From Bilabrum cf. latius (lineage: Eukaryota), in the NCBI GenBank assembly GCA_965178125.1, contig OZ237745.1, positions 186,001 through 250,000 of the forward strand: a stretch of DNA of 64,000 nucleotides, in the 5' to 3' direction. Position numbers and translations under genes: made by a program. Under the pieces are notes generated by a model, which was not told the origin of the DNA, did not search any database, and saw nothing but the letters and a program-made list of their open reading frames with translations. Positions 32,498 through 45,800 of this stretch are shown here, in pieces (within the stretch, counting starts at the first letter, position 1; each line of letters begins with the position of its first letter).

Positions 32498-34633
32498 ATG
32501 GCAGCAGTTGCAGGATCAGGAGAATAGGCTGGTGAAGCAGCAGGAGGCGGCTCTATGGGCTTAGCAGGTATGTTTTGTCAACTGAACGGTATACACAGAG
32601 CTGGCCCCACGCACGTCTTTCGTGACCCCCAACGGCGGCATTAGCGCACCACTCCTTGAAATCGAAATGCGCAGGTGGTATTTTAGTCCCATCCCCGTCG
32701 ACGGAACGCGGTGTGCCCCTTCGTATGGCAGTCTCGCCCGATGGAGCATTCGTGGCGTACCCAGCGCGACGGCTCGTTGTGCTTCGCTCCATCGAGGACC
32801 CCACAAAAGCGACAATTTTTAGAGGCCATACAGAGCTTGTTCGTTGCGTTGCCATTTCTCGCGATGGTCAATGGATTGCGTCGGGCGACAAGGCCGGAGT
32901 GGTTCAGGTCTGGAAGGCAAGCAATCCGGGAGAGGTCCGCTCGAAGGGCGCCGTCACAGTCGATATGCGAGACATTGCGTTTGATCCAAGTGGCAATCAT
33001 ATTGTCGTGTGCGGCGACGACAAACAGTGAGCCAGCCTCTTGGATCTGTACCTGCACTGTACAATGGGCTCCTCGCACTTGAGCAGCTGCGCAACGTAGC
33101 AAAGCCGCTCTATTCAACCTCTCGTTCGATCGCAGGAAGGCCAACATTCTAAATGTGGACAAACTGATGACAGTGTGCCCTTCCATCATGCCCATGGACA
33201 AGGTTGCCCTTTCCTGCGACTGGTCACCGAGCGCATCCGATGCCGATCCCGTGGCGTGGGGCGGCGAGGACCAGAGAGTCTTCGTGTACGCCAAGGCGAC
33301 GGGTAAAGGATTCTCGCAGGCCAAGATCCTGAGCGAGGCGGACAACTTCGTAAACTGCGTCCGCTTCAGTCCCGCGGGAGACAAGCTCGCAACCGTATCT
33401 TCGGACAAGGGCGTGAGGCTGTACGAAGTAGGCAGCGGAGACAAGGAGGGATACACGTTCGTCAAGCAGCTCGGCACTTCCAAGGGGAGGCACAAGGGGA
33501 GCGTGTACACGTGCAGCTGGAGCCCCGATGGGAAGGACCTGCTGACCGCATCGGCGGACAAGACGTGCAAAGTCTGGAATATGGAAGACGTCAAGATCCG
33601 CAGGACCATACCTTTCGGAAACGACAGGCAGAGCATGGTCAGCGGTGCGGCGTTTGCAGGCGGAGACAAGTACATGGCGGTCACGCTATCGGGCGCGGTC
33701 CACATCGGCGACCCCTCGGTCAAGGAGGCCCCGGAGCCGGTGGAGGGCCACGCAGCCCCGGTGGTCGCAACTGCGTTCGACCAGGCCTCCGGCAAGATGC
33801 TCACCGTGGACTCGGCCGGCAAGGTGCTGCTGTGGTCCTCCACCAGCGACAGGGAACAGTCTGACTGGAGCCCCGCCCCTGTGAGAGGGCTGCCTTAGCA
33901 CGAGAAGTTCGTCACCTGCGGCGATGCGGCTGGGGGCACCTGGGCGACTGGATCCAACGACAACGAGCTGCACGTCGGGTCCACTGGCGCCTGCGAGCGA
34001 GAGACCAAGGTGGAGCTGGGCCGGCTGCCCCCCCGCAAAGTCGCGGTGCATCCCGGGGGCAAGGGCGTCGCGGCCTGCATCACGATGGACGAGGTGCTCC
34101 TGGTGCGTGGGGGTGAGGTGGTGGCAAGGGAGGGGGCCGAGGAATCTGTCAGCTTGGCCTTCTCCGAAGATGGTGCCCTGCTGTTCGTGGGGCAGAAGAA
34201 CGGGCACGTGCTGCGCTTCGAGTGCGGCGGCGATGGCTCGCTCAAGAAGACCCACGAGGAGGCCGTGGTGGGCAAGGGCGACAGCGCCGATTCCATGCTC
34301 GCGCTCCCCGGTGGTGTCCTGGCGGTGGGTACGTCTGGGCGGGACGTGATGCTGCTGTCCAGCGATGACCTGTCGGTGCAGATGGCGCGGAAGTGGATGT
34401 ACCACAGCGGGTCCATCAAGGCGCTGGGGTACCTCGAGGAGGAGGAGCTGATCGTGTCTGCGTGCGGCGCCGGAATGCTGTGCGCGTGGAAGCGGGGCAG
34501 TGACAAGCCCGTCAAGGTGCTCCGCCGGCCTCTCGGCTCATCGATGGAGGCCATGGCAGTGGTGGGTGGGGAGACGCCCTGGCTGCTGTCCAATGGCGTA
34601 GTACAGAGCGTGAGCGTCGAGGTGGACGAGTGA
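32498..34633 (+). CDS. WDR1: WD40-repeat protein, WDR1/AIP1 (actin-interacting protein 1)-like, ~639 aa
   Basis: Exons 32498-32567, 32675-33026, 33136-34633; 2 TAG; TGA end. AIP1-type N-terminal PSTERG, IASGDKAGVVQVW, FVNCVRFSPAGD, HKGSVYTCSWSPDGKDLLTASADKTCKVW, C-terminal WMYHSGSI. Length fits a double beta-propeller. Confidence 0.85.
32568..32674 (+). other. spliceosomal intron (107 nt, phase 1)
   Basis: GTATGT...GCGCAG with matching phase. Confidence 0.75.
33027..33135 (+). other. spliceosomal intron (109 nt, phase 2)
   Basis: GTGAGC...TCGCAG. Joins two WD40-coding frames. Confidence 0.85.
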
Positions 34634-34801
34634 GGCGACTTGGAGGCTCACTGGGCCAAGCGCGCCCGCGGCGCAAGTCCATGTTGCCACCAGCTCCAGG
34701 GTTGAAATAACCTATTCAACTAATCACACACAACAAAACCGAAGTCCGCAGCGCACTGTTCGCTCGCCTAATATTCCAACCAAACTCTACCAAAGTTTTG
34801 G

Positions 34802-37800
34802 ATGAGGCTTTATAGCTTGACTTTACTCGTGTATGTCAACCTATCGTCTGCGCTACGAGGAGACCTCGCAAAATACATGTCAGAGGCCCAGGTAGCAATC
34901 CCTTGGGCGCCGCATCAACGATGCAGTGAGCAAGATCCGCTGTGCATCAGCGTCCATGTGTGCTTTGGAACATATGGCGGTATGCAGCATTTGAACACAA
35001 ATTCTCGCAGACTCCTCCTGGAGAGCCTCGCCGACAGCCTCTGCTCTTGGGTTCATTCATCAGTCCATTGGTGGTCGCCGGCGGTCGGCTCGAGTGATCT
35101 CGGCGAAGGACGCAACCGACCGAGAGCTCGGCAGAGGTTGCTCTGTTATACAAGAACCTTGGCGTGGAGATTCGTAGTATTATGATGCTTAGCGATGGAC
35201 TTGGCCCTTTGGACCGCTTGGACCGACAAGTAGGAGAAATGGATCGAGCGTTTCCGCGCATGTCACACAATCGCAGAATCCTGGCTTCAATGAGGCCCCA
35301 AGCTTGATGGACGCAGATTGTGGGTACACCCCAGCTGCTTCAACTGCCTAGGCCGCTCCTGCCTTGCTAGTTGGGCGAAGCGGTGGTCCTGTTGAGCCTG
35401 AATCCGCTTTGTACCCACCAACGAGAAGTGTCGAGCCATGGACGGAGGAGCAGTGGTTCTACTAGTTTTCCCAGGTTGGAAACCCTTTCGACTTTGTTAC
35501 TGGTGGTCTGGTTTTGGCCGGGTACTGGCAATGGGTGAATTCAAGCGATTTCTGGCCGCCTGCTTCGAGCCGAAGGTCGGTGCCCAACTGGGCCCCAATG
35601 AGCTTTGTAGCGGATCCCGGGTGGCATTACGCAGTGTACCCGTTATCCACGGGAGTGCAGGTATACTACACGTAGGCCTTCACCATGCGTCACGCCCGGT
35701 ACATCATGCACCACGTCACATGCCGCCGGGAGATCTACTCCGAGGCGTGCACCCCGATGGACCAGCCCATCGCGCCCAACGACACGTGCAGGCAGGCCAC
35801 GCTGTGGCCGGACCTGAGCTACAGTGGATAGATGAAAGGTGATATTCTTGCACCACCTGGCCGTGAGCCCAACTGCAGCGGGGCTCCACCCGTGGGCACC
35901 GAGCTTGCCAACCACACGAGCTTCCTGCTGAACAAGAGCTACATTGATACCATTGCAACGTCATCGAATGTTGAAGTCGTGGAGTGGTAGGGGGCTCCTG
36001 CGTCAGGCATACCGGAGCACGGGGCAGGCATGTACAATCGGTGGCACCAGGTCGTCACGGTGACGTACCCTCCCGGCACTGTGGCCATTCTGCCTGTGGA
36101 TGGGGAGGACCTGGTCAATCACGGGCTGCCGAGTCACGAGTACCCCTGGAGGCTGAATCACGTACATGTAACGCAGGCGATTGTGGATTCAGTCTCAGTG
36201 GAAACAAAGCCAATCGATGCTCCTGCTTTAGTGTGCTCTGCCGACGGCGTCAAACCGGTCGGTCGCTAGCCCGTGCGTGTCCTGACTGACGATTCGTCAT
36301 GCGTCTCCACACGATCCTGCTCGCCTGTCGCTACCACTAGTAGCGGCAGGCACTCGCATTGGTCTGCCGAGGGAGTCACAAATGTCACCATGCGCTGGCA
36401 GCGGCATCAAGCTGCCCTGCCGCCCTGGCGAAGAGAAGCCCGCCTGGCATGTGCTCCGCAGTACTATGTCAACACGACCGAGTTCAACGTAGATCTGATG
36501 CACTTTGACTATCCCGCGGCGTCCATGGAGAGGGCCGTGACGGTGGGTGGGGAGTTCAGACGGAGCTATTCCCCCTCAAAGGGGCTGTGGAACCGCAGCT
36601 CGGTGGAATCGTAGGGGCCGAAGAGGCCGGGTCAAGCACAGATCAAGGGAGCTGCCGATTCTAGCGGCCCAACCCTGTTGAAATCCGAGTACGAACCTTG
36701 GCAGCTGAATCCGCAGCAAGCCCCCCTGCAGGGTCCGTTTGCCCGGTACCGCGGTGCTCGGCTCGACAGAATCGTGCCTCCGGACCCCGAGTCCTCACTG
36801 CCTCGCGTGTTGGGTGGCCGGTGGGAGTGCGGGGACACTTCGCCGGTGGGTGCGTACAGGTACAGGCCCACGTGCAGGGCCGTGTGCGATGACGTGAATC
36901 GCATTGCAATCGATGCGGATCTGGAACAGCAAGGTAACTCAGACGATCGGCAAGGCTGGAGTATGATCGCTTCGATCGGTCGCGTGTGGATATCGTATTG
37001 GACAGGGTATCCATCCCTACTGGCCCCAAGTGTGGTTTCACGAGGTCTATTTGGACTGGACACGGAAAATGAAACGTAGCATTAGCTTTCATGCGAGCCC
37101 GACAAAGGGTCGTGGCTGGGGTCTGACGTGTTCCAATCCCGCTGGGTACAGCGAGAGCCTGCTTCTCTTGCCACCGTATCCTTCACGCTGGCATTCGACC
37201 AGAATATGTGGCCGAGGGTACAGCTTGTGTCACCCGGCTACCGGGGCGACGGAATGTACTACCCCGCCCCGTCCGCAGGGCAGCTATCCATCATGCAGGC
37301 AGAGCTGGAGATGGACATCAGGGACGTCCTGGCAGAGTGGACGCAGCAGACAGGCACCTTGCAAGGTGGTCAATCGTCACCAGTGGGGGGTGGTCACTTT
37401 GATCTGTAGCACGGGCGAAGGCGTACCTTAAGCAATACCAGTGAGTCTCGTATCATTCATGTGAATACATTAGAGCACAGGTTGCTGCCTACAAGGAAAC
37501 GCATTTGTAGCAGTGATGATATCAGTACATCGCCTGATATCACCCCGCCAGTATCGTGCCCGCGCATTCTGCCCGTAGAGATTGACATTAAAGTTAAGTT
37601 TTATCCCCTACCAGACACGTGGACGAGCGGCGAGCTCACGCAACGCGGCCGGAGCGCAGGCAGCGTGGCCCAGCGTCTTATTCATATTCTGTAGGGCGAG
37701 TCCGAGGGCGGTATTTGGCTGCCTGTGGTGGATCCACGGAGCGTTCGATTCAATGTAGAGCTGCCATGTCTGCGGGGAGGGCGGGCGTCGCAGGTTCAAG

Positions 37801-39653
37801 ACTGCCCTGACAGGATGGGTGTTCTTGCACTGTGGCTGTGGGGCACTCTCGGTATGTCGGTCGTGATCGTGCTGCTAGCAGTCCTGGAGCGCTGCGGTGT
37901 TCAGATCATATGCGACTTGCAGTCACGAGGTCCTATGATGCGCTACCCTCGGCTTGGTGTGTCGGAGGACCTAGGCCTGAACTTGGGCCTGCTGGCCCCT
38001 GCCCAAACGGACGGCAAGCACCCAGGCTCCGATGAATCGGGTGGCATCAGCCTCCCAGTGGTTTCGCAGGACGAGTTCTTCAGGTCTGGATAGGCTGCTG
38101 ATCGCTCGTCACCGGAAAATGTGTCGGGCGCTATCGGCAGTAGGGACGGTCTGAGCCCCGCGGATGTGTCTATCCGACATGACATGCTTGGGGTGTAGAT
38201 GCCCTAGCACAGCAGGGAGAGGACAGGAGCTGGTACGGATGTGTCTATCCGACATGACATGCTTGGGGTGTAGATGCCCTAGCACAGCAGGGAGAGGACA
38301 GGAGCTGGTACAACCACCCAATCCCGTGGTACGAAGAATGACATCTCGGCGGATTTGCCTATTCGCCCGGGCTTCCATGGCGCTGTGCGCATGCACGGCA
38401 GATCTGCAGTCTTACTCAGCTCTGAGGACCACGGAGAACAAGGAAGCGAAGCGGAGCAGAGCAGCCACGAGTCGAGCCTTGGTATTGGACCCGGAGCCAT
38501 TGTACTCAACCAACAGGACTCAATGGATGCCCCTCCTCTCGCGGATCCCGTGTAGTCTATAAGCTGGTTAGGGCTTGAGAGAGCAGGCGTGGCAGTATAT
38601 TCTGAGCAGAGCCCTAGGCACGGTACTCATGACGATGTCCCGAGTGCAGCAGAACTAACGATAGACCCAAGTGAGATATCTGTCAGTGCCTATCGCTGTA
38701 TGATACTGCTCTCAACATGGCGTTTTCTCTCGTACGTTTTGCTTGCTGGAGCACTGGCGTCTGCAAGGCTAGGCACGAGTGGACTGACGCTGGGAGTCTG
38801 CATTGTGGTAGCAATGCTGGTAAAAGGCGTCATGTTGTGGCAGTACTATGCATCCAAGAACGGTCTGATGTCCGGCTCAGGTCAGAGCAGGGGTAGCATC
38901 GCAGCGGAAGGCACGCTTGTAACGAAGATTGATTCGCCATCCCAGCCGCAAGTGCTTCCCACAAGTAACACAACAAGCGTCCAAGGCAGAAACGTTACGG
39001 GGCATTCGACCAGCGTCCATCGGTTGCGACAAGACAGCAGCATTGATAACAGCAGGATTCAAGAGTCGGATTCGGTGCGTCTGTCAAAGCAAGTGGCCGA
39101 GCTGGGACGTGACTCCTTCGTGGATGAGGTGCCCGAATGGTCGGATGGTAAGCGTTTCAATAGGCAGCGGGGCCTACCACAACGACCGTATGAATCTGCC
39201 TCGATTGGTTTTCCACAGCCAAGTGCGGCACCTCCGTCCAGCACCACGTGCCACCACGTGCTCGCCGTCATGGCATGGGAGTGGATGGGGCTAGCATCTG
39301 TTGGGCGGCTGGACACTTGGACGAAGGGAGAAGGCGGAACTAGGGACTAGGCTGCTATAAATGATGCTCTTTGGCTACGCATGGTACAGCAGCATGCCGC
39401 TTTGGTGCGGCTGGTGGAGGACCTGGGTCTCGTGGCTGCTGTGTGCCTGGGTGGATGGTGCACAGCGCAGGCTGCTCCCGGCTCGATGTGCGATTTTGCG
39501 GCACTCAGTCCACTGCAAATAGCCATGGATGGCCGATTGTGGTGGCAATAGCGACTAGAAACCTTAGCAGTCCCGCTGGTCTGTAGCTTGTTTGGATTAT
39601 TGCTTTCGTTGTGGCGCAGCGGATCACTGGGGGTTTCCCAGCTGCATACTTGA
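34802..39653 (+). CDS. Hypothetical signal-peptide-bearing membrane protein, ~1588 aa
   Basis: Exons 34802-34925 and 35011-39653; ~21 TAG; TGA end. Hydrophobic N-terminus (MRLYSLTLLVYVNLSSA), Trp/Cys/Pro-rich ectodomain with N-x-S/T sites, and hydrophobic segments near 37820-37890, 38700-38850 and 39560-39615. No family recognised. Confidence 0.7.
34926..35010 (+). other. spliceosomal intron (85 nt, phase 1)
   Basis: GTGAGC...TCTCGCAG. Links the signal-peptide exon to the long TAG-only frame. Confidence 0.7.
38161..38310 (+). repeat. 75-bp perfect tandem duplication within coding sequence
   Basis: 38161-38235 equals 38236-38310. 25 codons per copy, each with two in-frame TAG. Confidence 0.95.
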
Positions 39654-39899
39654 TGACATGGGCGGGCCTGGGTCTAGAAGCTGCCCCTGTTGGACTTATT
39701 CAGAACGACACATTTATACTCAGTCGAGATCTTTTTACCCTCCAAAGTAAAGATCGGACCAATACTCAATAATAAATCCGTATGTGTAGACTATTGCCTT
39801 CAAGTTGTAAGCAATGTAAGATCTTGTCACAATCAGCCGACCAACATCCTTCTTGGAGATCACGACATGGTTGAAGCATCCTAAGGATCGTGTCGGGCT

Positions 39900-42800
39900 T
39901 CAGGTTCTGGCTTGCTACATCTTCTCGGCTCCAGACTCATCTGCTGCGCCCAAAGTTGCCTCTACCGCACGCATGATTGCGTGGTCCACAGCAGCAGCAG
40001 TGCTCTACACCCGAGATGCTGCAGCGTGCGCGGCAGAGGTTTCAAAATGTATCGAGGTTGGCTGAGCGTGTGCATCTCCCTGTCCCGAAACCTGCGTCAT
40101 GAAGCGCCCGCCACTTGCCTGCGGCACGAGACCACTCGACTCAATCCTAAACGACTGCCTCCTCTGGTTCTCGTGCCCAACTGGCAGAGGCTCCGCCAGC
40201 ATCCTCTAGCTTCGCGCCAACAATCGCTCCAGCGCTCTCTGTGCCGAGGGCTTCCTGCGGTCCAAGTCCACTTTGCCCATTTGCCACGAGTCCGGGTCCA
40301 CTTTGCCAACTTGCTACGGATCCATGTCCACTTTGCCTACTTGCCACGAGTCTGATCGGCTTGATTCGCGTTCCTGCTCGCCAACCACGGGGGCCTCCTG
40401 GCTGGCAGCCTGCGCCTATCCGCTGGATGCAGGAGGCTTTGAAGCCAGGTGATTAACTGCAGCAGGTGACCTAGCGATGGCCTCGCCTGAGTAAACGACA
40501 TCAGTGGTGGACGTATATGCGTCTATACCGGGCGAGGGAGGAGTCTACGGCACGGCGGTAGAGCCTGCACGGGGTCGTAGAGGTCCAGCGGCATACATGG
40601 GCGGGGCAAACAGGGGCGCTCGCCCTATATCATTGGTACTGCTCAGGGAGGCAATTGAAGAAGACCTGGCGCGCGTCTGACTGGCACCCGAGGACGTCCT
40701 CTTTCGCTAGCGATTGCCATCATATTGAGCCATGGTCCCAAACTCCGGGCTCGAAGGAGGTGACACGCTGGCAGCTGCAGCGAGATACTTTTCCCTTGCA
40801 GACACCTGGGGCTCTCCTTTCGTCTCGTTCCCATCCGTGCCAGGCAACGAGCGGAGATACTCGCTCGACGGAGATGCTTCGCCCACGGCTGCATGAACCT
40901 TTGCGGCCTTTCGCACATACCTGAAGCCTCTTGCGACCTATCCGCGCTCCCGAGGCGGAACGGGCGGAAACTTGCTGCTGATTAAGCCACGCCCGCTAGC
41001 CCGAGACGAGGCCCTTGCCAGACCCTCGCCGCGCCAACGAGGTCGTGCACCGAGCCGTTGTAGCGCATCTGGACTCACAGATCCGCTGGTTGGCCTCGTG
41101 GTTGCTGTGCCTGACTGCGGAGACCTCGTGCTCCTTATGGATGCTGAACCTGATTGCGGAGACCTCGTGCTCGCGCCTTCTCTCCGTGACAGCTGCTCGC
41201 ACTGGTCCTAAATATCTTTGAAGTCGCCTAGCTGGTGCACCGCTTGGCTTACTCCTGACTCCTTGGGCTTCACACTGTCAGCATCAGAGCCTGCACGCAG
41301 GCGGGCTTGGCTTGCTCCTGACTCCTTGGGCTTCGCACTGTCAGCATCAGAACCTGCACGCAGGCGGGATTGCGGCTCCACAGTCAAAGACAAGTTGGCA
41401 GCTTGTGCAGGCACTGGTTCAGCTGGAGAGCACGGCGCTGCAGTCAGTGCGCTCGTCGGGACAGCGCTGGTTTGCGCGGGTTCAGCTGGTACAGCGGGGC
41501 TTTTCGGGTTCACCAACGGAATGGCAGCCGGTGACGCGACTGTAGGGTGCTCTACAGATGGCGTGCTTGCAGTGACTACTATATCACGGTTCTCAGCGGC
41601 TTCTGCGATATTCCCACCATCCTTTGGCGTATCCTGCTAACCAGCAGCATCAAAGTCTGCAAATGCCTGCGCCACGACGGCTGGTACCGCTTGTAGTTCA
41701 TGCGGTTGTAACTGTGAAGCTAGCAACTGAGGTGGACTATCGTCCAGACGCGCGGCAACCAGGCACTGGACTGCATTGCTTTGCACAACGCTCTCGTGTG
41801 GTTGATTTGACTGTGTCGCATGCATTGGGGAGACGTTTGCTGCGTCGCTTTGACTGTGCGTCTACTGCACCACAGACTCCCCTGTTTCGGCTGACGTGGG
41901 CGTTTCACCTCCGCTTGCCTACTGTGGTCGAGGCCCAGGAGAGAGCGAGAGCGGATCCGTGGGATCATCATCGTGGGTCGTACGGCCTTTGCCTCGATCA
42001 AGCAGACCAGGTGAGCCTGCCACGGGATCCCCATCACGGTTCGACAGTTGGTTTTGCGGAGTTTGCTGCTGCGAGCCGCCTGCTGCGAGGGTAGCTTCAA
42101 AGGAAGCACCGAGTGGGAGAGCCACCGCACCGGGCTGTTCCTCAGGGGTCGCATCGTGTGCCTGCGGCTAGGCGTGGAGTGCTTCTGCAGCTTGGGCAAG
42201 CCGATCGGCCGGATCAAGCATTGACGCAGACGGAGTTGAGGCGTCGTGCAAGTCCGACCCGACAGTCATACTACCTATCACGCTCGGTGATGCGGTTGCA
42301 TCGGTTCGCAAGGAGTCTCGGTTGAGCCTGCTAGACACCATCCTTCCTAGCGAATGCTCGCCTTCATCATCTTCGCTGTCGCTAGAGGTAACTGAGTCCT
42401 CGTCCTCGCTCGGAACTGACTCCATGTCCGCTGACTCAATGTTCGCCTCTTGAGATTTATCCATTGCCTTCTCCAGGGCTTCGTCGCTAGTATCCTCTTT
42501 GGGTGGCTATTCTTCTGCTGGCATTTCTGGCAGCAGTGCATCGACTGCTCTGCCACCAGCCCGGATGGCACGAGCTATACTGTCAGAGGGTGCGAGCGAC
42601 GACTCTGCTGACGCAAGGCTCGAGACTTTGGCGAGCTTGAGGGCTGCTCGCAGTCCAATCGATGCACCAAGCGAGACAAATTCGCTAACGCTAGCATCTT
42701 TATCGTGCTGCGAACTTGACCTAGCTGCCAATCGTAGAGCATGCCTGCATGCCACACGAAGGGCTAGGGCCTCGCGCATGGCTTGCTGTGCTTCTGACCG

Positions 42801-45800
42801 CAGCTGGCACAGCGCTGCGACTGCATCGGCTGATGGCATTCTTTCCGTTGATGCGCCGCCCTGTGACATGCCATCACGATCGGTAGTGCCCCAGCTTCCC
42901 GTTGGACCCAGCAAGCCCTCGAACCCTTCCGCCAGCTTTGAAAGGTAACCGTCGCTGAAACCTTCCTGGCTGTCGCCCCGGACGGTCATGCGCCCGTTCC
43001 CCAAGAGAACGTCTGCCCACTTGAGCTCTTGCGAGGTAAACTTAGACTGCCCTGTAGTGTCCTTGCCCGCTAGGCCGACCGACTGAACCGAGCTAGTATC
43101 GCTGTCATAGTCCTCGTCGGAGTCCATGCCCAGGTCCTGCCGTACCACGAACAATGAAGGGCCCAGAGCTCCCGAAGCGAAGGGCGCGCCCTGCAGAGCG
43201 GGTAGCACTTGCAGCAGCTCAAAGAAACGAGGAAGAGGCACCCTTCCCATCGCAGCTGCGACCTACTTCGCAACTTCACCGCCCCTATCTGCTTGCAGCA
43301 CAGCGCCGATCAGTTGCTGGTGCCATGACTGCTGGGTCGCCGCATCGGACAGGCCAGCCGGGGCAGCTTCCACCGGAAGATACCGGCGATCATCCAGCCT
43401 AGCATCGACAGAGGTTTTGAGACTCTTGCCTGCCGTCTGAAACATGTCAGAATAGCCCAACTAGCCCAACATATCACCTAGCTCCAGAACAGGACTGCCA
43501 GGCTGAGCAAAGCTGCGGCAATACTGCCGCAGTGAAGCTGCCAGGGCATCCACCTTGCTCCAATCTTTCGTTTCAGAAGCGCGATGCTGGAGCCGCATGC
43601 CAACCTCGCTGGCCCACTGCAGCAAGCCGGCGCCTGGGTACGCCGTGCGAGTTCTAGCTAGCAACCTCCATCGATGCGCTTGAGATGCAGGCAGCAGAAG
43701 TGGCCTCCGTGCCGCAGAGAACAGGCTGGCGCTGATCTATCCAGCAGCCTTTCCTCCTGGGGCTGTAGAGCCGCTGCCAGTTGGCACGCCGCGCATCCCT
43801 GTCCTTGGTGGCAAAGCAAGCTGGGACGCAGCCAGTGCGTTTGACAGGTCCTCGTCACGAACACCTGGCATCGGTGCCCGGGCACTCGGAGGTGGTCCAG
43901 ATCGAAGGCGACCCACCGTGTCGAAGTCGTCACCCCATGGCGCGTCTGCGCCATCGACGCACCATTCTAGTAGTCCCTGGATGCAGCGCGCAGACTACTC
44001 GGCGTAAACTGCGCTACTTGATTGCGTGGGATTGCCGTGCGTCACTGCCACCACCCGCCGACCTACTGCTAGCTCACCAGCAGCAGTGGATTTTGGCTCG
44101 TGCACAGATGGTGTGCCCGCAACGAGATCAAATTCCCCTTGTCCTACTGCATCTGGCTCTGTCATCAAACCGCATGGCTGTAGCTCTGGTGGCATGCCCG
44201 TGCCCTCGAGGCTGATCCGTTCCTGGTACTCGCTGGGCTCCATCTGCGCGTCATCGCCCAACGCATCATCATTCGGAGGCCGAACACGCTCGGAGAGGTC
44301 TGCTTTGAAGTCCTCACGACGCGCATACTCGATTGTTCTCGCGGTTCCGTTCGACCGCAATACGTCCGTGACTCCAACAAGCCACGGGCGACCAGTCTCC
44401 TCGAACACAAAGGTGAACTCGAGCAAGGATACCTGCACAATCGGCCTCTGGAACCGAGAAAGTGGACTGCGTGCAGTCTTGGAGCGCGCAGATGCTTCAC
44501 TATCGGGAGATACACCACCTTCCTCTTCTTCGCCCTCCTAGTCTCCATCGATAAAAAGCGCCCCCCCGGTCCAAGGCTGCTCCGACACGCCCTCCTTGCT
44601 TCTCGCCCTCTCTCTCCCGCCGCCCATCAAGCATGTCTGCACCGTGGCCTCAGCGGCTGCCTCCTGCCGCACGCCCCGTGGCAGTGCCCATCTGCCCCGT
44701 GCTGGAGACGACTCATCTGACTCAGGGTCGAGAGCCATGCGCCCTGGCACATCGGTATCAGAGGCTGGAATGTGCTCCCCCCAGCATCCCAGCGCAGCCG
44801 CGGCTGATCCGCAGGCCCCTACTGCCAACGCAGCCGGAGACCCGAGGTATCCAAGGCTCCTTTCCTCTTGCGCGTCCATCACGTCATTGCGAACAAGCGT
44901 AGCAGTCTCCAATCCCTGTGCTTCTGTGGTCTCATGGTCCACACCTGCTGTCTCGCCGTGTGCAGCAGATGCCGCCATCAGACCAGCAGCTGCTCCATCC
45001 ACGGGGGCACGGCCCACTCGCCTGGATCTCTTTCTCTAAATCTGCGGCTTAGTGTGTTGAATGCCGTCTGCACTCTCGGGCGTGCTGTTGCTAGCTTGAG
45101 CTCCAGCAACCTGATCGGTCTACGTTGTAGACTCAACGCTTCCTGGGCTCTTGTTGGACGTGCTCTATGCACCGGAGCCTAATCTGGCGGTGGCAGATTT
45201 GCCATGGAGTGAAGCAGAGCGCTGCCAGTGTCGAAGAGTACGCAGGCTCGTCAGCCTGGCTCGCTGCACGGCAAGCACGCGAGCACTCCTGGCAGCGGCA
45301 TCGATCGCAGCTGTGGCCATGGCGAGGCACCTGGGCACAAGGACCGATTGCACGTACTCTGGGGGAGGCGCCGGGTGCAGGGAGAAAGCAAGCGCCTACT
45401 GGATCCCGAATAACGTCATGGCATTGTGTGCCTCTCGCTTGCCGAACAGCTTGGACGCGGCTTGCAGTCGGGTAGAAAGGACCATCGTGGCGTCGTGGGC
45501 TATGTTTCTACGCTGCTCAGGCTGTGGACCCAGCACGATTGAAGTCTCTGGGCTGCCTGTCTTTGCCTGCGCTGTCAGATCCAATGGCCTGCTTGCGAGC
45601 CGAGCCAGCCCAGACACGCCCGCGCACTGCGCGAGAGCTGTGTCGACTGGTTCCGGCTCTTTCCCCCCAGCGGGCTGTCCAGCCATCGCGTCGTGATCAA
45701 TGCCGCCCCATACGGCCCTTGCCTCTACCACCCCTGCCGGCGATTCACGAACGGCAACTCTCAGCTTGAAGTCGATCTTCCGGTTGAGCAGGCTGAGCGG

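Noticed and set aside
37441-37513. Possible intron starting GTGAGT in the orphan membrane gene
   Set aside because: The nearby AG acceptors I checked (37480, 37510, 37513) would shift the frame, and the frame is already open.
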